From: Chlamydiae bacterium RIFCSPHIGHO2_12_FULL_49_11
Lineage (GTDB): Bacteria > Chlamydiota > Chlamydiia > Chlamydiales > 2-12-FULL-49-11
DNA: 17,359 nt
Direction: 5' to 3'
NCBI GenBank assembly: GCA_001794905.1
Contig: MGLW01000041.1
Location: forward strand, 1 to 17,359
The position numbers and the translations under genes are program-made. Shown here in pieces: positions 16,046 to 17,359 of the stretch (within the stretch, counting starts at the first letter, position 1; each line of letters opens with the position of its first letter). A model generated the notes under the pieces. It was not told where the DNA came from. It searched no databases and worked only from the letters and a program-made list of their open reading frames with translations.

Positions 16046-16118
16046 TAGCGGGGGACGGACTCGAACCGCCGACCTTTGGGTTATGAGCCCAACGAGCTTC
16101 CAACTGCTCCACCCCGCG
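16046..16118 (-). tRNA. Initiator tRNA-fMet(CAT)
   Basis: CGCGGGGTGGAGCAGTTGGAAGCTCGTTGGGCTCATAACCCAAAGGTCGGCGGTTCGAGTCCGTCCCCCGCTA has an unpaired C1:U72 and three G-C pairs in the anticodon stem. CCA is not encoded. Confidence 0.96.
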
Positions 16119-16134
16119 ATCAATAATGGGTCAT

Positions 16135-16164
16135 AGGATATCCCAAATAGAATATTTGTGTAAA
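16135..16164 (-). promoter_or_regulatory. Putative tRNA operon promoter
   Basis: On the minus strand: TTTACA, 18 bp, TATCCT, ending 16 nt before tRNA-fMet. Confidence 0.45.
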
Positions 16165-16244
16165 CACCTTTATCAAATTATTTTGGGATTGTTAGTGCCC
16201 TAAAGGCGGCAGGCATACCAAGGATCACTCACATGTGCCACATC

Positions 16245-16409
16245 ATACCGAACGCAAGAAATAATGTCATAAATTCGAGCCAGATAACGAGGCAGATTTG
16301 AACGATCATTTCGAAACCCATATTTTTAAATATGAGTGAGAAAGGATCGTTCAAAGGTGACCGTTAGATGATTCCGAATTTGTGAAAGTATTTCTTGCGT
16401 TCGGTATTA
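16245..16409. mobile_element. 165-bp fold-back MITE-like/palindromic element, copy 2 (inverted relative to copy 1)
   Basis: Perfect 19-bp terminal inverted repeats: ATACCGAACGCAAGAAATA (16245-16263) and TATTTCTTGCGTTCGGTAT (16389-16407). Confidence 0.8.
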
Positions 16410-16451
16410 AATCCTGATTTTGAACCGCATCCATATTATTCCCTATTCATG

Positions 16452-17327
16452 TTACAACCGTGAGTCCATAAAGTGGCACGCATACAAAGGAGCATTCTCA
16501 TGTGCAGCATCCATACCAATCGGAACTACATTACGGCTAAACCAGTTATAATCCATTGTATATACAATGCGCGGAAGCGTAGGATCGGAAACATCATTCG
16601 GATCAATAAAATAGACAGTCTTTTCCAGGCACCGTATTTTTTGCGCCCCAACCACCACTATGACATGGTTTGGTAGATTACTACTCGCTGCAACCGGTGT
16701 GCATCGATAAAGACTGCACCCTACCTTGTCTTGTAAGTACGATGGCGCCAGTGAAGTAGACAACAAACCTCGTCCTAATTGCCCCCCGAAAAGGTGGGGG
16801 CCAAACCTTTTTATCTCCTCTATTAGATGTTCAATCGGGAAAGACGGCATCCAGTATGACCACTGCAGCCCGAATCTGTTCATGAAGACCTGTAAAATAC
16901 GGAAGGTAGAGGGCCCCTGCATAAAAGCAATATAGCTTTGCAGAGCTCGATCTTCTCGCGTTTCTACTTGCGACAACCACTTTTCTCTATAACGGTTCTC
17001 TTTCTCTTTCGTATATTCTACTAAGAAAGTAGAACCGTTTTTGTCGTTTCCCCTTTCCTCGTACACCCGCCGAAATTTTCTAACATATTGAACCAAAAGA
17101 TCGTCAGTTACGCAGGCAGCAAAAGAATCACTCCCCTCCACGTTGCTCCGTATGTTCTCTCGAAGGCCACTGATGTTTTCGACAAGAGACAAGACATCCT
17201 CTGTAAAGAAAAAAACAGAAAGTTTCAGAGCATTACATAAAAGGAGTCCTTTCGCATGTATCAAAGTAATCTTTTTGCGAAGCTTAGATAGTGTAGTCAC
17301 AAGACCTCTGCCCAGAGAGCAATACAT
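16452..17327 (-). CDS. Hypothetical protein, possible papain-like (C39/AvrRpt2-type) fold
   Basis: IKRFGP, NHVIVVVGA and VYFIDPND resemble the His/Asp half of papain-like peptidases. The start is uncertain: the frame is open to the window edge, and there is an alternative TTG at 17192 after GAGG. Confidence 0.6.
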   Translation of the reverse strand: MYCSLGRGLVTTLSKLRKKITLIHAKGLLLCNALKLSVFFFTEDVLSLVENISGLRENIRSNVEGSDSFAACVTDDLLVQYVRKFRRVYEERGNDKNGSTFLVEYTKEKENRYREKWLSQVETREDRALQSYIAFMQGPSTFRILQVFMNRFGLQWSYWMPSFPIEHLIEEIKRFGPHLFGGQLGRGLLSTSLAPSYLQDKVGCSLYRCTPVAASSNLPNHVIVVVGAQKIRCLEKTVYFIDPNDVSDPTLPRIVYTMDYNWFSRNVVPIGMDAAHENAPLYACHFMDSRL

Positions 17328-17359
17328 CTGATTTGAACGGCTGCTAAAAAAGATTCTAT

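Noticed and set aside
15920-16123. 67-aa ORF on the minus strand
   Set aside because: It is a translation through the two tRNA genes.
15240-16409. CRISPR array or attC cassette interpretation of the repeats
   Set aside because: There are only two long inverted copies, no regular repeat-spacer pattern, no cas or integrase gene and no attC core sites recognised.

Overview
Bacterial window, probably from an environmental Chlamydiae-like intracellular organism. This is inferred from a chlamydial-type DagA/AGCS symporter, eukaryote-like proteins, orphan effector-like ORFs and tRNAs without encoded CCA. Left end: tandem GT9 glycosyltransferases and an FkbM-type methyltransferase. Centre (1902-10684): two tightly coupled divergent operons sharing an 85-bp intergenic region. 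The leftward arm encodes a His-box membrane desaturase/hydroxylase, a LysE/ArgO exporter, a B3/4 tRNA-editing domain fused to ankyrin repeats, a mitochondrial carrier family (SLC25/MCF) protein, an AGCS amino-acid symporter and a GT2. The rightward arm encodes a second mitochondrial carrier, a class I/II PLP enzyme and an ornithine cyclodeaminase/mu-crystallin protein. My best hypothesis is an undescribed system that makes or handles a non-proteinogenic arginine-like amino acid, with export and tRNA-editing self-protection, and two eukaryote-type carriers bearing the amino-acid R[DE] contact-point signature. Right part: two large orphan effector-like genes, tRNA-fMet and elongator tRNA-Met bracketed by two inverted copies of a 165-bp fold-back MITE-like element, and a possible papain-fold protein. 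No database searches were run; family calls come from motif recognition.
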